Shown here one piece after another: positions 11,723 to 23,444 of a stretch of DNA of 64,000 nt (positions are counted from its first letter, which is position 1; every line of letters begins with the position of its first letter). Below the pieces are notes generated by a model that saw nothing but the letters and a program-made list of their open reading frames with translations, ran no database searches and was not told the origin of the DNA. A program made the translations under genes and the position numbers. Origin of the DNA: Squalus acanthias (Eukaryota); the NCBI GenBank assembly GCA_030390025.1, contig CM059428.1, positions 155,558,001 through 155,622,000 of the forward strand. Reading direction: 5' to 3'.

Positions 11723-12969
11723 GTAAAAGAAAAAGCACTGCAGTTTAATTATCAAATTGATTCTCTAGAGTTCATTTCGCAAAAGCATGCGCCATACTAC
11801 ATTGTTTGAGTTTCTCATGATTCACATGACCAGTTGGAATAACTCTACCATCTGTCTTCAATTGTGATTTTCACAATTTTAATGGGCAGTAGATTTCTAT
11901 GATTTGCTAGCACGTCTCAGTTTATGTTCACTTTGAACCAAAATGAACAGTATAAGGAATGCATGGAACACATTTGCTTCAACGGCCTCCTTGGTAACTT
12001 ATTCCATATGTCAATTATTTGCACAATATAGTTATGCTTAAATTTCTTTTTTATTTTTGCCAGGTTACAGTCTAAATTGACGTTTTGAAAAGAGAACTTT
12101 TTTGGTCCTGGCAATAGTATGATGTAATTGTGTCTGTGCCTGGATGTGTTGGTGCATTTCAGCTGTTGTACATTTTTTGGAATTATTTGCACAACTTCTT
12201 TTCCTTCAACTCTTTGGTACTTCACTTCAGGGCCCAGTGTGATCCTATATTAACCTGAGATAATTGATTCTAATGTCAATGGGCACTATTCTAATATAGC
12301 TTAAATATGTTCTCGTAATTTTAGGGCTTCGAGCATTTTGGTTGAATATTTCAGTCCTAGATCACTATCTAAAATGTGAACTGCAAGTCTGTGGCGGTTT
12401 TCATCTTGATGTATAATGTTATATGATACATAAGAACATATGTGAAAGGTTAATCCACAGCAATCTGTTTGTGTTCATTTTGTTTTCCCTAAATTGACAG
12501 AATTCAACATCAATGTGCAGACAGTAGTCTGGGATATCATGCACTGTTCTAGTGAGTTAGTACTAGCCATTATATTTAATAATTTCACCATATATTTAAA
12601 TGCTAGTTATCTTCACTGCAGACTTTGTTCCCTTTTTATACATTTTCTTTTGAAGGCATCTACATTTGTCAGGCTTTTGCGTTCGATGTGAGGTAAAATT
12701 CCCCATCCCCATCTTGTAACTGACAGATCTTGCATACACAAGTTGCTGTATTGGGTTTCTTCTCCTGGTAGGATTTAAATTTGTAAATTAACTTTGTGAA
12801 ATCGGCTGCTACACTCATGTAATTTACCTGTCTGCCACCGATGAAAGCCTAACGATGAAAGACACTGCTGTGCAATCTGGGTGAAAGAGATTAAGTTGCA
12901 CTGTATTAGATCAGTAATGTACAAGTGCATTTTTCCTGGAGAAACTATTGTTTTTCTCTTGGTTTGTAG

Positions 12970-13063
12970 GAGGAGGAGATCAGTCTCTATTGGAACAGCA
13001 GACAGTTGGTCAAGAAGACCTTAGAGAGTTGCTGAAAAAGACACTGGAGTTCTGTTTGTCTCG
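12970..13063 (+). CDS. LARP4B: LARP4B exon, start of La motif (QEDLRELLKKTLEFCLSR)
   Basis: tag|GA acceptor, CG|gtgagt donor, phase 1 to 2. LKKTLEFCLSR is identical to LARP4B. Confidence 0.96.
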
Positions 13064-13127
13064 GTGAGTCCTTAGTTGTAGTTTTTCTCATTTTATACAT
13101 GTAAAGATTAATTTTATTTCATTTCAA

Positions 13128-13440
13128 CACGGTGGCATAGTGGTTAGCACTGTTGCCTCACAGCGCCAGGGACCCGGGTTCGAATCCGGCCTCGGGTGAC
13201 TGTCTGTGTGGAGTTTGCACATTCTCCCCGTGTCTGCGTGGGTTTCCTCCGGGTGCTCCGGTTTCCTCCCACAGTCCAAAAATGTGCGGGTTTGGTTGAT
13301 TTGGCTGTGATAAAATTGACCCTTAGTGTTAGGGAGGGATTAAATACGTGGGGTTACGGGGATAGGGTGGGATATGTGTCGGTGCAGGCTCGATGGGCCG
13401 AAATGGCCTCTATCTGCACTGTGGGGATTCTGTGATTCTA
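13128..13440 (+). mobile_element. tRNA-derived V-SINE (HE1-like) with CR1-derived tail
   Basis: A box TGGCATAGTGG, B box GGTTCGAATCC, V-domain GTGTGGAGTTTGCACATTCTCCCCGTGTCTGCGTGGGTTTCCTCCGGGTGCTCCGGTTTCCTCCCAC, and tail GGGCCGAAATGGCC...GATTCT. Confidence 0.9.
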
Positions 13441-13944
13441 TTGCAGATTTAAGTGCTTAACAATGTAGTTTAACCATTTGGACTTGATGTTTAATGCTGT
13501 AGACAATATACACTCTTTATAAAGTTTTTTGACCGAAATAGTTTTCTTATCAAATTGAAAATGAATATAAGAATCTCTTCTCCCTCCTCCCGGCTTCCAA
13601 AAACAGAACATGCTTTCAGTATCTCAAAAGTACTGCACAAATTCTGCCGACAAAATTTTAAACAAAATAAATAAACAAATTAATGAAAAATTCCTAAACT
13701 GCAAGAAATCAACTTGGTGTTGGGTGTCTGCATACCTTAGGCATCCAACATTGATTGTGGACAAATAGAGGAGTTGGTATACCTGAACCAAATGAGCCAT
13801 CTCTAAAAACACTGCCCCATTTAAGTTTTCTCTCCTCCCTAGAAGGTGCTGTAAGCTTATAGATCTTGAAAAGCCATCAAAGAAATGAGATCCAGAAGTT
13901 GGTGCAAGTGGGGGAGGGGGTGGGGACAAAGTTCTTGTAAGATT

Positions 13945-14345
13945 CATTAGGAGCAAAGGAGGTTGAGGTGTGATTTGATAGAGGTGTACAAGATTATGGT
14001 GGGTTTGGATAGGCTAGACAGGGAAAGGCTGTTCCCACTAGTTGATGGTACAAGGTCTAGGACACAGATTTAAGGTTTTGGGCAAGAGATACAGGGGGAA
14101 TGTGAGGAAAAAAACTTTTTTACGCAGCGCGTGGTGATGACCTGGAATTCGCTGCCGACGGAAGTGGTGGAAGCGGAGACACTCAATGTTTTCAAGGGGA
14201 GACTGGATAGGCACTTGAGGGAAATAAACTTGCAGGGCTACGGGGATAGAGTGTGGGAATGGGACTGACTGGGATTGCTCTACAGAGAGCCGGCATGGGC
14301 CGAATGGCCTCCTTCTGTGCCGTTATGACTCTGACTATGATTCTA
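13945..14345 (+). mobile_element. CR1 3' fragment
   Basis: GATTTGATAGAGGTGTACAAGATTATG...TGGAATTCGCTGCC...GGGCCGAATGGCCTCCTTCTGTGCCG with an ATGACTCT-type tail. Confidence 0.85.
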
Positions 14346-14473
14346 AGATCTTCAGGAATGCAGCATGCTGGCAAACATTAGCACCACAGCCAAAACACAG
14401 GAAGCACCATGCAGAGACTGCTGGCATAAATTAACTGAAGGGTAAATAATACATTTTTAATTAATTACATAGA

Positions 14474-15430
14474 ATGGGAGAGCAGGTGATGTGTTACTGC
14501 TGCAATATGTGGGAGCTGGTGGACACCATTGATGTTCACGGTGAACACATTTGCAGTAAGTGTTGGCTGCTCGAGGAACTCCGGCTCCGTGTTGATGAGC
14601 TGGAGTCCGAGCTTCAAACACTGCGACACATCAGGGAGGGGGAGAGTTACCTGGACTCCGTGTTTCAGGAGGTAGTCACACCAATTAGAGTAACTAATTC
14701 AGAAGTAGCCCGTGGTCAGGGACAGGAAGGTGTGACTACGAGTGAGGCAGGTACAGGGATCCAGGAGGTAGTGTTGGAGGAGCCGCAGCCCTTGCTCTTG
14801 TCCAACAGGTTCGAGGCTCTTACTCCCTGTGTGGATAGGAGCGGGGACTGCAGGGAGGATGAGCAACCTGGCCACAGCACCGTGGTAAGGGGGGCCATTC
14901 AAGTGGGGGGAGTAAAAAGAAATGTTGTAGTGGTAGGGGATAGTATCATTAGGGGGATAGATAGGGTTCTTTGCAGCCAAGAGCGAGAGTCCCGAAGGCT
15001 GTGTTGCCTGCCCGGTGCCAGGGTTAAGGACATCTCCTCTGGGCTGGAGAGAAACTTGGAGTGGGAGGGGGAGGATCCAGTTGTCGTGGTCCATGTTGGT
15101 ACCAATGACATAGATAGGACAAGGAAAGCGGTTCTGCTGAGGGAGTTTGAGCAGCTAGGGGCCAAATTAAAAAGCAGAACCTCGAGGGTAATAATCTCTG
15201 GATTACTACCTGAGCCACGAGCAAATTTGGCTAGGGTAAATAAAATCAGGGAGTTGAATGCGTGGCTCAAACACTGGTGTGGGAAAAATGGGTTTTGCTT
15301 CTTGGGACACTGGCACCAGTACTGGGGCAGGAGAGAGCTGTTCCGTTGGGACGGACTTCACTTGGCCAGTGCTGGGACTAGTGTCCTGGCGAATCGAATA
15401 ACTAGGGCTGTGGAGAGGGCTTTAAACTAA
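14474..15430 (+). CDS. CR1 ORF1p: zinc finger/leucine zipper plus SGNH esterase domain
   Basis: CxxC...CxxC followed by a Leu heptad (LEELRLRVDELESEL), and esterase blocks VVVGDS, LPGA, HVGTND and DGLH. Confidence 0.92.
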   Translation: MGEQVMCYCCNMWELVDTIDVHGEHICSKCWLLEELRLRVDELESELQTLRHIREGESYLDSVFQEVVTPIRVTNSEVARGQGQEGVTTSEAGTGIQEVVLEEPQPLLLSNRFEALTPCVDRSGDCREDEQPGHSTVVRGAIQVGGVKRNVVVVGDSIIRGIDRVLCSQERESRRLCCLPGARVKDISSGLERNLEWEGEDPVVVVHVGTNDIDRTRKAVLLREFEQLGAKLKSRTSRVIISGLLPEPRANLARVNKIRELNAWLKHWCGKNGFCFLGHWHQYWGRRELFRWDGLHLASAGTSVLANRITRAVERALN

Positions 15431-15468
15431 TTAGTGGGGGGGAGGTTTCAAGAGAGCAAAAAATAAAA

Positions 15469-18421
15469 ATGACAACAGAGAGGGTCATAGACATAGGTAG
15501 CAGTAGGGGAATCACAAATCAGAGCGTGGCAGGAAGGGACAGAGTGTGTGGAGTAAAAGGTAAACTGGTAAAAAGTGAAAAAGCAGGAACTAAGTGCCAC
15601 AAAGCATATTTGAAAGTTCTCTATCTGAATGCACGTAGCATTCGTAACAAAATAGATGAGTTAATGGCACAAATAACTACATATGGTTATGATATTGTGG
15701 CCATTACAGAAACATGGCTGCAGGGTGACAATGCCTGGGAATTAAACATACCAGGTTATTTAACGATCAGGAAGGACAGGCAGGAAGGAAGGGGAGGTGG
15801 GGTGGCTATGTTAATAAAGGAAGGAATCACTGTAATACAGAGTAATGATATTGGGTCAAAAAATCATGATAATGAAACAGTTTGGGTGGAGATAAGGAAT
15901 AATAAGGGGAAAAAAAACATTAGTGGGCGTAGTCTATAGGCCTCCGAACAGTTGCAACTCTATTGGACGGAGTATCAATCAGGAAATAGTTGAGGCATGT
16001 AATAAGGGAACATCTATAATTATGGGGGATTTTAACTATCATATTAATTGGACAAATCAAATGGGGCAGGGCTGCCTTGAGGATGAGTTCATTGAGTGTA
16101 TTAGGGATGGGTTTCTTGAGCAGTATGTAACTGAACCGACCAGGGGGCAAGCAACCTTAGATCTGGTCCTGTGTAACGAGACAGGATTAATTAAAAATGT
16201 CCTAGTAAAGGATCCCCTTGGAATGAGTGACCATAACATGGTTGAATTCCATATTCAATTAGAGGGTGAGAAGGTTGGATCTCAAACAAGCGTGCTAAGC
16301 TTGAATAAAGGAGACTATGAAGGTATGCGAGCGGAATTGAGTAGAGTGGATTGGGAAAATAGATTAAAGGGTAAGACGACACATGATCAGTGGTGTACAT
16401 TCAAGGAGTTATTTTACAACTTCCAAAAAAAATATATTCCACTGAAAAGAAAAGGGTGTAAAAGAAAGGACAGTCATCCGTGGCTAAGTAAAGAAATTAA
16501 GGATAGTATTCGACTAAAAACAAGGGCATATAAGGTAGCGAAATCTAGTGGGAGGACAGAGGATTGGGAAAACTTTAAAAGGCAGCAAAAAATAACAAAA
16601 AGATTGATTAAGAAAGGGAAGATAGATTATGAAAGTAAATTAGCAAAAAATATAAAAACAGATAGTAAGAGTTTTTATAGTTATATAAAAAGAAAAAGGG
16701 TGGCTAAAGTAAATGTTGGTCCCTTAGAGGATGAGACCGGGAAATTAATGGTGGGAAATATGGAGATGGCAAAAACACTGAATGAATATTTTGTATCAGT
16801 CTTTACAGTAGAGGACACTAAGAATATCCCAACACTGGACAAACAGGGGGCTATAGGGCGAGAGGAGCTAAACACGATCAAAATCACTAAGGAAGTGGTA
16901 CTCGGTAAAATAATGGGACTCAAGGCGGATAAATCACCTGGACCTGATGGCTTACATCCTAGAGTCTTGAAGGAAGTGGCGGTAGGGATTGTAGATGCAT
17001 TGGTAATAATTTTTCAAAACTCCCTGGATTCCGCTAAGGTCCCGGCAGACTGGAAAACTGCTAATGTAACACCCTTATTTAAAAAGGGCAGTAGACAGAA
17101 GGCTGGTAACTATAGACCGGTTAGCCTAACATCTGTGGTAGGTAAAATTTTGGAGTCCATTATTAAGGAAACAGTAACAGGACATTTGGATAATCATAAT
17201 TTAATAGGACAAAGTCAGCATGGTTTTACGAAGGGGAAGTCATGTTTGACAAATTTGCTGGAGTTCTTTGAGGAAGTAACATATAGAGTGGATAAAGGGG
17301 AACCAGTGGACGTAGTGTATTTAGACTTCCAAAAGGCATTTGACAAGGTGCCACACAAAAGATTATTGCTTAAGGTAAAAAATCACGGAATTGGGGGTAA
17401 TATTCTGGCATGGATAGAGGATTGGCTATCTAACAGAAAGCAAAGAGTTGGGATAAATGGTTCATTCTCAGACTGGCAATCAGTAACTAGTGGTGTTCCA
17501 CAGGGGTCAGTGCTGGGTCCCCAACTCTTCACAATCTATATTAACGATTTGGAGGAAGGGACCAAGTGTAACATATCAAAATTTGCAGATGATACAAAGA
17601 TGGGAGGGAAAGTAGTGAGTGAGGAGGACATAAAAAACCTGCAAGTGGACATAGACAGGCTAAGTAAGTGGGCAGAGATTTGGCAGATGGAATACAACAC
17701 TGGAAAGTGTGAGGTGATGCACTTTGGCAGGAAAAATCCTAGAGCAATTTATTATCTTAATGGCAAGAAACTGGAGAGTACTGAAGTGCAAAGGGATCTG
17801 GGGGTCCTGGTGCACGAAACTCAAAAGGTTAGTATGCAGGTGCAGCAAGTGATTAAGAAGGCAAATGGAATGTTGGCTTTCATTGCTAGGGGGATAGAAT
17901 ATAAAAATAGGGAGGTATTGCTTCAGTTGTACAAGGTATTGGTGAGACCGCACCTGGAATACTGCATACAGTTTTGGTGTCCTTACTTAAGGAAAGACAT
18001 CCTTGCTCTCGAGGCAGTGCAAAAAAGGTTCACTCGGTTAATCCCGGGGATGAGGGGGTGGTCATATGAGGAGAGGTTGGGTAGATTGGGACTCTACTCA
18101 TTGGAGTTCAGAAGAATGAGAGGCGATCTTATTGAAACATATAAGATTGTGAAGGGGTTGGATCGGGTGGATGCGGGGAGGATGTTCCCGATGACGGGTG
18201 AGACGAGAACTAGGGGACATAGTCTTAGAATAAGGGGCTGCTCTTTCAAAACTGAGATGAGGAGGAACTACTTCACTCAGAGGGTGGTAGGTCCATGGAA
18301 TATGCTGCCACAAAAAGCTGTAGAAGCTACAACATTAATTAAATTTAAAACAGAAATAGACAGTTTCCTAGAAGTAAAGGGCATTAAGGGTTACGGGGAG
18401 CGGGCAGGAATTTGGACATGA
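15469..18421 (+). pseudogene. CR1 ORF2p (APE endonuclease plus reverse transcriptase), split by a +1 frameshift in an A8 run at 15910-15917
   Basis: Endonuclease motifs YLNARS, ITETW, GDFN and SDH; RT motifs YLDFQKAFDKV, GVPQGSVLGP and FADD. Removing one A fuses ORFs 15469-15939 and 15923-18421. Confidence 0.92.
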
Positions 18422-18724
18422 GTCTAGGTTCGGATCGGTCATGGCCCTGTGGGTAGTGGAGCGGGCCCAGGGACTGTGTAGCCTGATTCTGCTCCTATTT
18501 CGTGTGTGCAATTCTGTTAGATGCAGGAGATGGTTCTGTGATAGAAAGTAGATTGGCGGTTAGGATCAGATCAGCCATGATCTTATTTAATGGCGGAGCA
18601 GGCTCGAGGGGCCGATTGGCCTACTCCTGCTCCTATTTCTTATGTTCTTATGTTCTTATGTACTGAGGATCCAGCTGCTCAGTGTTCAGGTCCCATAATG
18701 CTGACCATGGGCATCAGTACATTC

Positions 18725-19880
18725 TATGGTGCAAAGCATCACAGCCAAACCCAGTCCATCTCACCGAGGATTCCCCTCTACCGTGGTCAACACGGCCCTC
18801 GACCGTGTCCGTTCCATCTCCCGCACTTCTGCCCTCACCCCGGCCCCTCCCTCCCGGAACCACGATAGAGTTCCCCTTGTCCTCACCTTTCACCCCACCA
18901 GCCTCCACATTCAACGGATCATCCTCCGCCATTTCCGCCACCTCCAACGTGATCCCACCACCAAACGTATCTTCCCCTCATCTTCCCCTCACCTCCCCTT
19001 TTAGCATTCCGTAGGGACCGCTCCCTCCGAGACACCCTAGTCCACTCCTCTATCACCCCCCAGCACCCCTTCCCCTTCACCCGGCACCTTCCCGTGCAAG
19101 CGCAGGAGATGCAACACCTGCCTTTATACATCCCCCCCCTTCCCACTCTCCAGGGCCCCAAACACCCCTTCCAGGTGAAACAGCGATTTACTTGTACTTC
19201 TTGCAATCTAGTATACTGTATTCGCTGCTCACGATGTGGTCTCCTCTACATTGGGGAGACCAAACGCAGATTGGGTGACCGCTTTGCGGAACACCTCCGT
19301 TCAGTCCGGAAGGGTGACCCCGAGCTTCCGGTCGCTTGTCATTTTAATTCACCCCTCCACGCTCACTCAGACCTCACCGTCCTCGGCCTCTTGCATTGTT
19401 CCACGGAAGCGCAGCGTAAGCTCCAGGAACAGCACCTCATCTTCCGTTTAGGCACTTTACAGCCTTCCGGACTCAATATCGAGTTCAACAATTTCAGATC
19501 ATAACCCCGGCCCCTACCACATATGTATACATTTTATCCACTCTTTTGGTCCGTGCCTTTTTCCTTTTTTTCTCTCTCTCCCCCCACGGCAGCTGTCTCT
19601 GATTTCTGCCAGCATTTCACACCTTACCTTTTGTTTCTCAACCTGTCCCATTACCATCTCGTCTTGCCTTGAGCATCTCTCAATGTCTCTACTCACTAAA
19701 GACCATCCCTTTTGTTCTTTTATTCCTCCCCCCAGCCTCCCCCTTGCATTTTTATCTGTTTATTTCTTGCTCTCTCAGTTCCGACGAAGGGTTTCGACCT
19801 GAAACGTTAACTCTCTTTCTCTCTCCACGGATGTTGCCTGGCCTGCTGAGTTTTTCCCAGCGTTTTCTGTTGTTATTCCA
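18725..19880 (+). mobile_element. Penelope-like element 3' fragment: GIY-YIG endonuclease region plus terminal repeat with a mutated hammerhead core
   Basis: ORF 19094-19504 reads NLVYCIRCSRCGLLYIGETKRRLGDRFAEH...HF...E...LGTLQPSGLN. A hammerhead-like core lies at 19777-19812. Confidence 0.88.
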
Positions 19881-20301
19881 GTCCATCTCTCGCCTGAATT
19901 CTACATGCACATGATCCATCAGGGGTCACTGGACAGTGGTTAGAAATGTTTGCTTATGTTCTTTATCCTCCTAAGGACACTGAGGCTAACCGTGCCTCAA
20001 TTTCTATCTTGGTTCAGTTGAGCTAACCAGGAATTGATCCTGCAAACTTCTGGTCTGTATGGCTGAATACTATATAAAGTTGTAACTTTAACTATCATCC
20101 AGGCAGTGGAACTGTGTTTCTCCTCTAATTTGAAAAGTCAATCTGTTGGCTTATTGGAACATATTAAGTAGGCATTTACACACTCAAAACTTGAACAAAT
20201 CCTTAAAATGTGAATACTTCATTAACATTGAGCTTGGAAATGGGTGCAAATCTAATTAAAATTCTAGTTGTTCACATTGAAGGTAATTTTTGTTTTTGCA
20301 G

Positions 20302-20438
20302 AGAAAATCTGGCCACTGATATGTACCTGGTCTCCCAAATGGATAGTGACCAGTATGTGCCAATACTGACTGTAGCAAACCTTGACCATGTGAAGAAACT
20401 GAGCACAGATGTGGACCTGATTATTGAAGTTCTGAGAT
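20302..20438 (+). CDS. LARP4B: LARP4B exon, La motif ([20 protein letters not shown]...IIEVLR)
   Basis: cag|A acceptor, T|gtaagt donor, phase 2 to 1. Near-identical to the LARP4B La motif. Confidence 0.97.
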
Positions 20439-20517
20439 GTAAGTATGTGTTGCATAAAATGTAAAACGCAGTATTTTGAAGAGAATTGTTGCTGAAAATA
20501 TCCTGTAATTCATTTAG

Positions 20518-20621
20518 CATTGCCTTTGGTCCAAGTGGATGAGAAAGGAGAGAAAGTCAGGCCAAATCAAAACCGCTGCATTGTAATTCTACGAGAAGTA
20601 CCAGAGTCGACACCCATTGAG
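20518..20621 (+). CDS. LARP4B: LARP4B exon, La motif-RRM junction ([35 protein letters not shown])
   Basis: Follows a 79-nt intron. tag|CA acceptor, GAG|gtaaga donor, phase 1 to 0. Confidence 0.97.
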
Positions 20622-21164
20622 GTAAGAATTGAGCAAAAACAGACACACTCTAATTTAAAATATTTTTCAGTTGAATTTAAAAAAAAAAAAAAAAAAATCA
20701 ACAAATGATGCATGGAAGCTTATCAAAAACTATCAAATGGGATCAGAAGTTAGTGCAAGATGGGGTACAATGACTGGCAAGCAGGTTCAGCATAGTTCTT
20801 GTAAGCGAGATCTTCAGGAACATTAGCACCATAGCCAATACACAGGAAACCGAGCTGATGCACTAGATCAAGCTCCAACTCCATCGTGCTGACCTCTTGC
20901 TACAAGGTCCGTGAGAGGAATCCAGATCACTGCTAAATGTATGCAATTACTGGAGTACGAATGTACATGAGGATTTTTAAAGAAATAAATTGCATCTGGG
21001 CAAATTTGTCATGTTGGGGATGGAGAGAATAAATGGTGCCTTCAGGCTGGTGAATATTCCTTAACATTTTAGTCAAAGTGGAAAGAGGCAATTCCACTTG
21101 TTATGGGATAAATACAGTGATCGATTAGCTTGTTCCAGACATTCAAGTAATGCAGTAGGTAACC

Positions 21165-21977
21165 CCAGTAGACTTTTAGAAGTTACTATTGAATCTGCTT
21201 CCACCGCCCTTTCAGGCAGCGTGTTCCAGATCACCACAACTCGCTACGTTAAAAACAATTCCTCAAGAACATACGAATTAGCAGTAGTAGGCCAAATAGC
21301 CCCTCAGGCCTGCTCTGCCATTCAATAAGATCACTGCTCATCTTCCACCTCAACTCCACTTTCCTGCCCGATCCCTTGATTCCCCTAGAGTTCAAAAATG
21401 CAACTTGCTTTCAGCTCCTCCGCCGGTTTCTGTTGCCAGTTATCTTAAATCTGTGTCCTCTGGTTACCTCCTGCCACTGGAAACAGTTTCGCCTTATTTA
21501 CTCTTATCAAAACCCCTCCTGATTTTGAACACCTCTATCAAATACTACTCTTACCCTTCTCTGCTCTAAGGAGAACAACCCCAGCTTCTCCACTCTCCAC
21601 GTAACTGAAGTCCCTCATCCCTGGGACCGTTCTGGTAAATCTCCTCTGCACCCTCTCCTCTATGCAGGGGGGATGTTTCCCCTGGCTGGGGAGTCTAGAA
21701 CCAGGGGGCACAGTCTCAGGATAAGGGGTTGACCGTTTAGGACTGAGATGAGGAGGAATTTCTTCACTCAGAGGGTGGTGAATCTTAAGAATTCTCTACC
21801 CCAGAGGGCTGTGGAGGATCAGTCGTTGAGTATATTCAAGACAGAGTGATAGATTTTTGGATATCAAGGGATATGAGGATAGTGCAGGAAAGTGGAGATG
21901 AGGTAGATCATCAGCCATGATCTTATTGAATGGCAGAGCAGGCTCAAATGGCCTACTCCTGCTCCTATTTCTTATGT
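21165..21977. mobile_element. Cluster of CR1 fragments (- ~21165-21660 with a nested 3' end at ~21265-21400; + ~21661-21977)
   Basis: TAAATCTCCTCTGCACCCTCTCC on the - strand; GGACTGAGATGAGGAGGAATTTCTTCACTCAGAGGG...CTCCTATTTCTTATGT on the + strand. Confidence 0.8.
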
Positions 21978-22615
21978 GATAACATGTTGTTGGTCTAATT
22001 TGAACAAAACTCTTGTAGCTAATCTATAGAGTAAAATTCTTGTGTGGGAGATTGAGGTTGCTCACTTTTTAGGTTAGACAGTTTTTTCTTAATTTGAAAG
22101 GTACACTTCCCTTTCTTGCCAGGTAACAGTATTAGGTTAGTCGCTATAGTAATCTTAAACCACAGAACAGTCCCTTAGATCAGCCTCAAAGAATTGGGAC
22201 TTTCGGTCCAAAATTGTTTTGGAACTAGACCCAAAAGGATAACCGTACAAAAAAAAAATACCGGTGGTTTTGCTTGTTATAACTACTGCTGTGAAAACCT
22301 GTCAACACTCGTATGTTGTGGAATACTCCACTCATGAACCATGTAAAATGCTTGACTGTTGAGGCAGTTAGTGCTCCAGGACACCGGAGCAACATAAATT
22401 ATAGAGTAGGAAATCCGTGCCAGGGCAGTGATTGTGTGGGGTAGTGCTTAGTGAAGGCTGTGTATGTGCTTCTCGAGTGGTTGGGATTAAAGGGAGTTAT
22501 ATATTTTAAGAGCAATTGCACAGGAACTGTCTTCTACTTGGATGACATTATTAGGTAGAACCTGCCTGCATGGAATATGTATTTGGCATAATCATCAAGC
22601 TTATTTTCTTTCCAG

Positions 22616-22726
22616 GAGGTAGAAGCACTCTTCAAAGGAGAAAATTTCCCGAAGTTCATGAGTTGTGAGTTTGCCTACAATGACAACTGGTTTATCACCT
22701 TTGAATCAGAGGCTGATGCACAACAG
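22616..22726 (+). CDS. LARP4B: LARP4B exon, RRM ([37 protein letters not shown])
   Basis: cag|GAG acceptor, CAG|gtaaag donor, 111 nt, phase 0 to 0. Confidence 0.97.
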
Positions 22727-22863
22727 GTAAAGCCGATTATTCTTACCAAGATTTTGGAAATTGAGACAATGTATACAGGAAATCTTTAGCAATTTAAATA
22801 CTTTGTGCTTCAATCAGTTGTACTTCTGCACAAGCTTTCAGTACAGCACTAAGTTCTGTTGAG

Positions 22864-23310
22864 TGTCATCTGTGGCTCAGTGGGTAGCACTCTCGCCTCT
22901 GAGTCAGAAGGGTTGTGGATTCAAGTCCCACTCCAGAGACTTGAGCACAAATCTAGGCTGACACTCCATGCAGTACTGAGGGAGTGCTGCACTGTCGGAG
23001 ATGCTGTCTTTCAGATGAGATGTTAAACTGACCCTGTCCACCCCCTCAGGTGATCGTAAAAGATCCAATGGCACTATTTCGAAGAGGAGCAGGGGAGTTA
23101 TCCCCGGTGTCCTAGCCAATATTTATCCCTCAATCAACATCACTAAACAGATTATCTGGTCATTATCACATTGCTGTTTGTGGGAGCTTGCTGTGCGCAA
23201 ATTGGCTGCTGCATTTCCTACAGTGACTACACTTCAAAAGCACTTAATTGGCTGTTAAGCGCTTTGGGATTTCTGGTCATGAAAGGTGCTATATAATTGC
23301 AAGTCTCTTT
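22864..23310 (+). mobile_element. Deu-SINE (SacSINE1-like), full length
   Basis: tRNA head (TGGCTCAGTGG...TTCAAGTCC), Deu-domain GATGAGATGTTAAAC...AAAGATCC...CCCCGGTGTCCT, and L2-like tail GCTATATAA. Confidence 0.85.
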
Positions 23311-23444
23311 GTTAGTTGTCTTATAAGATTCTTTTAAACTGGGTGGTGCACTGGGTCAGACACAGCCTTTTGCTTCTGGGACTAGGGTCCAGATTGATGA
23401 CATGAAAGTCACCTGTGTTTGTAAGGATTGTATGTAGAATACAT

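Larger units (their letters stand above)
14428..18661 (+). mobile_element. Near full-length CR1-clade LINE: ORF1, frameshifted ORF2 and 3' UTR with (TCTTATGT)3 tail
   Basis: Two-ORF organisation, CR1-type 3' end, and an octamer tail ending at 18661. The 5' boundary is approximate. Confidence 0.93.

Noticed and set aside
13128-13200. tRNA gene (also the heads at ~22870, ~53940 and ~63870)
   Set aside because: The A/B boxes run straight into SINE bodies, so these are tRNA-derived SINE heads.
15904-15925. Programmed -1 ribosomal frameshift at A_AAA_AAC in CR1 ORF2
   Set aside because: The downstream ORF is in the +1 frame, not -1, and CR1 ORF2 is normally continuous. A one-base homopolymer indel explains it.
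14474-18421. Novel RT-esterase system or nested host gene
   Set aside because: Esterase ORF1 plus APE-RT ORF2 with an octamer tail is the standard CR1 architecture.
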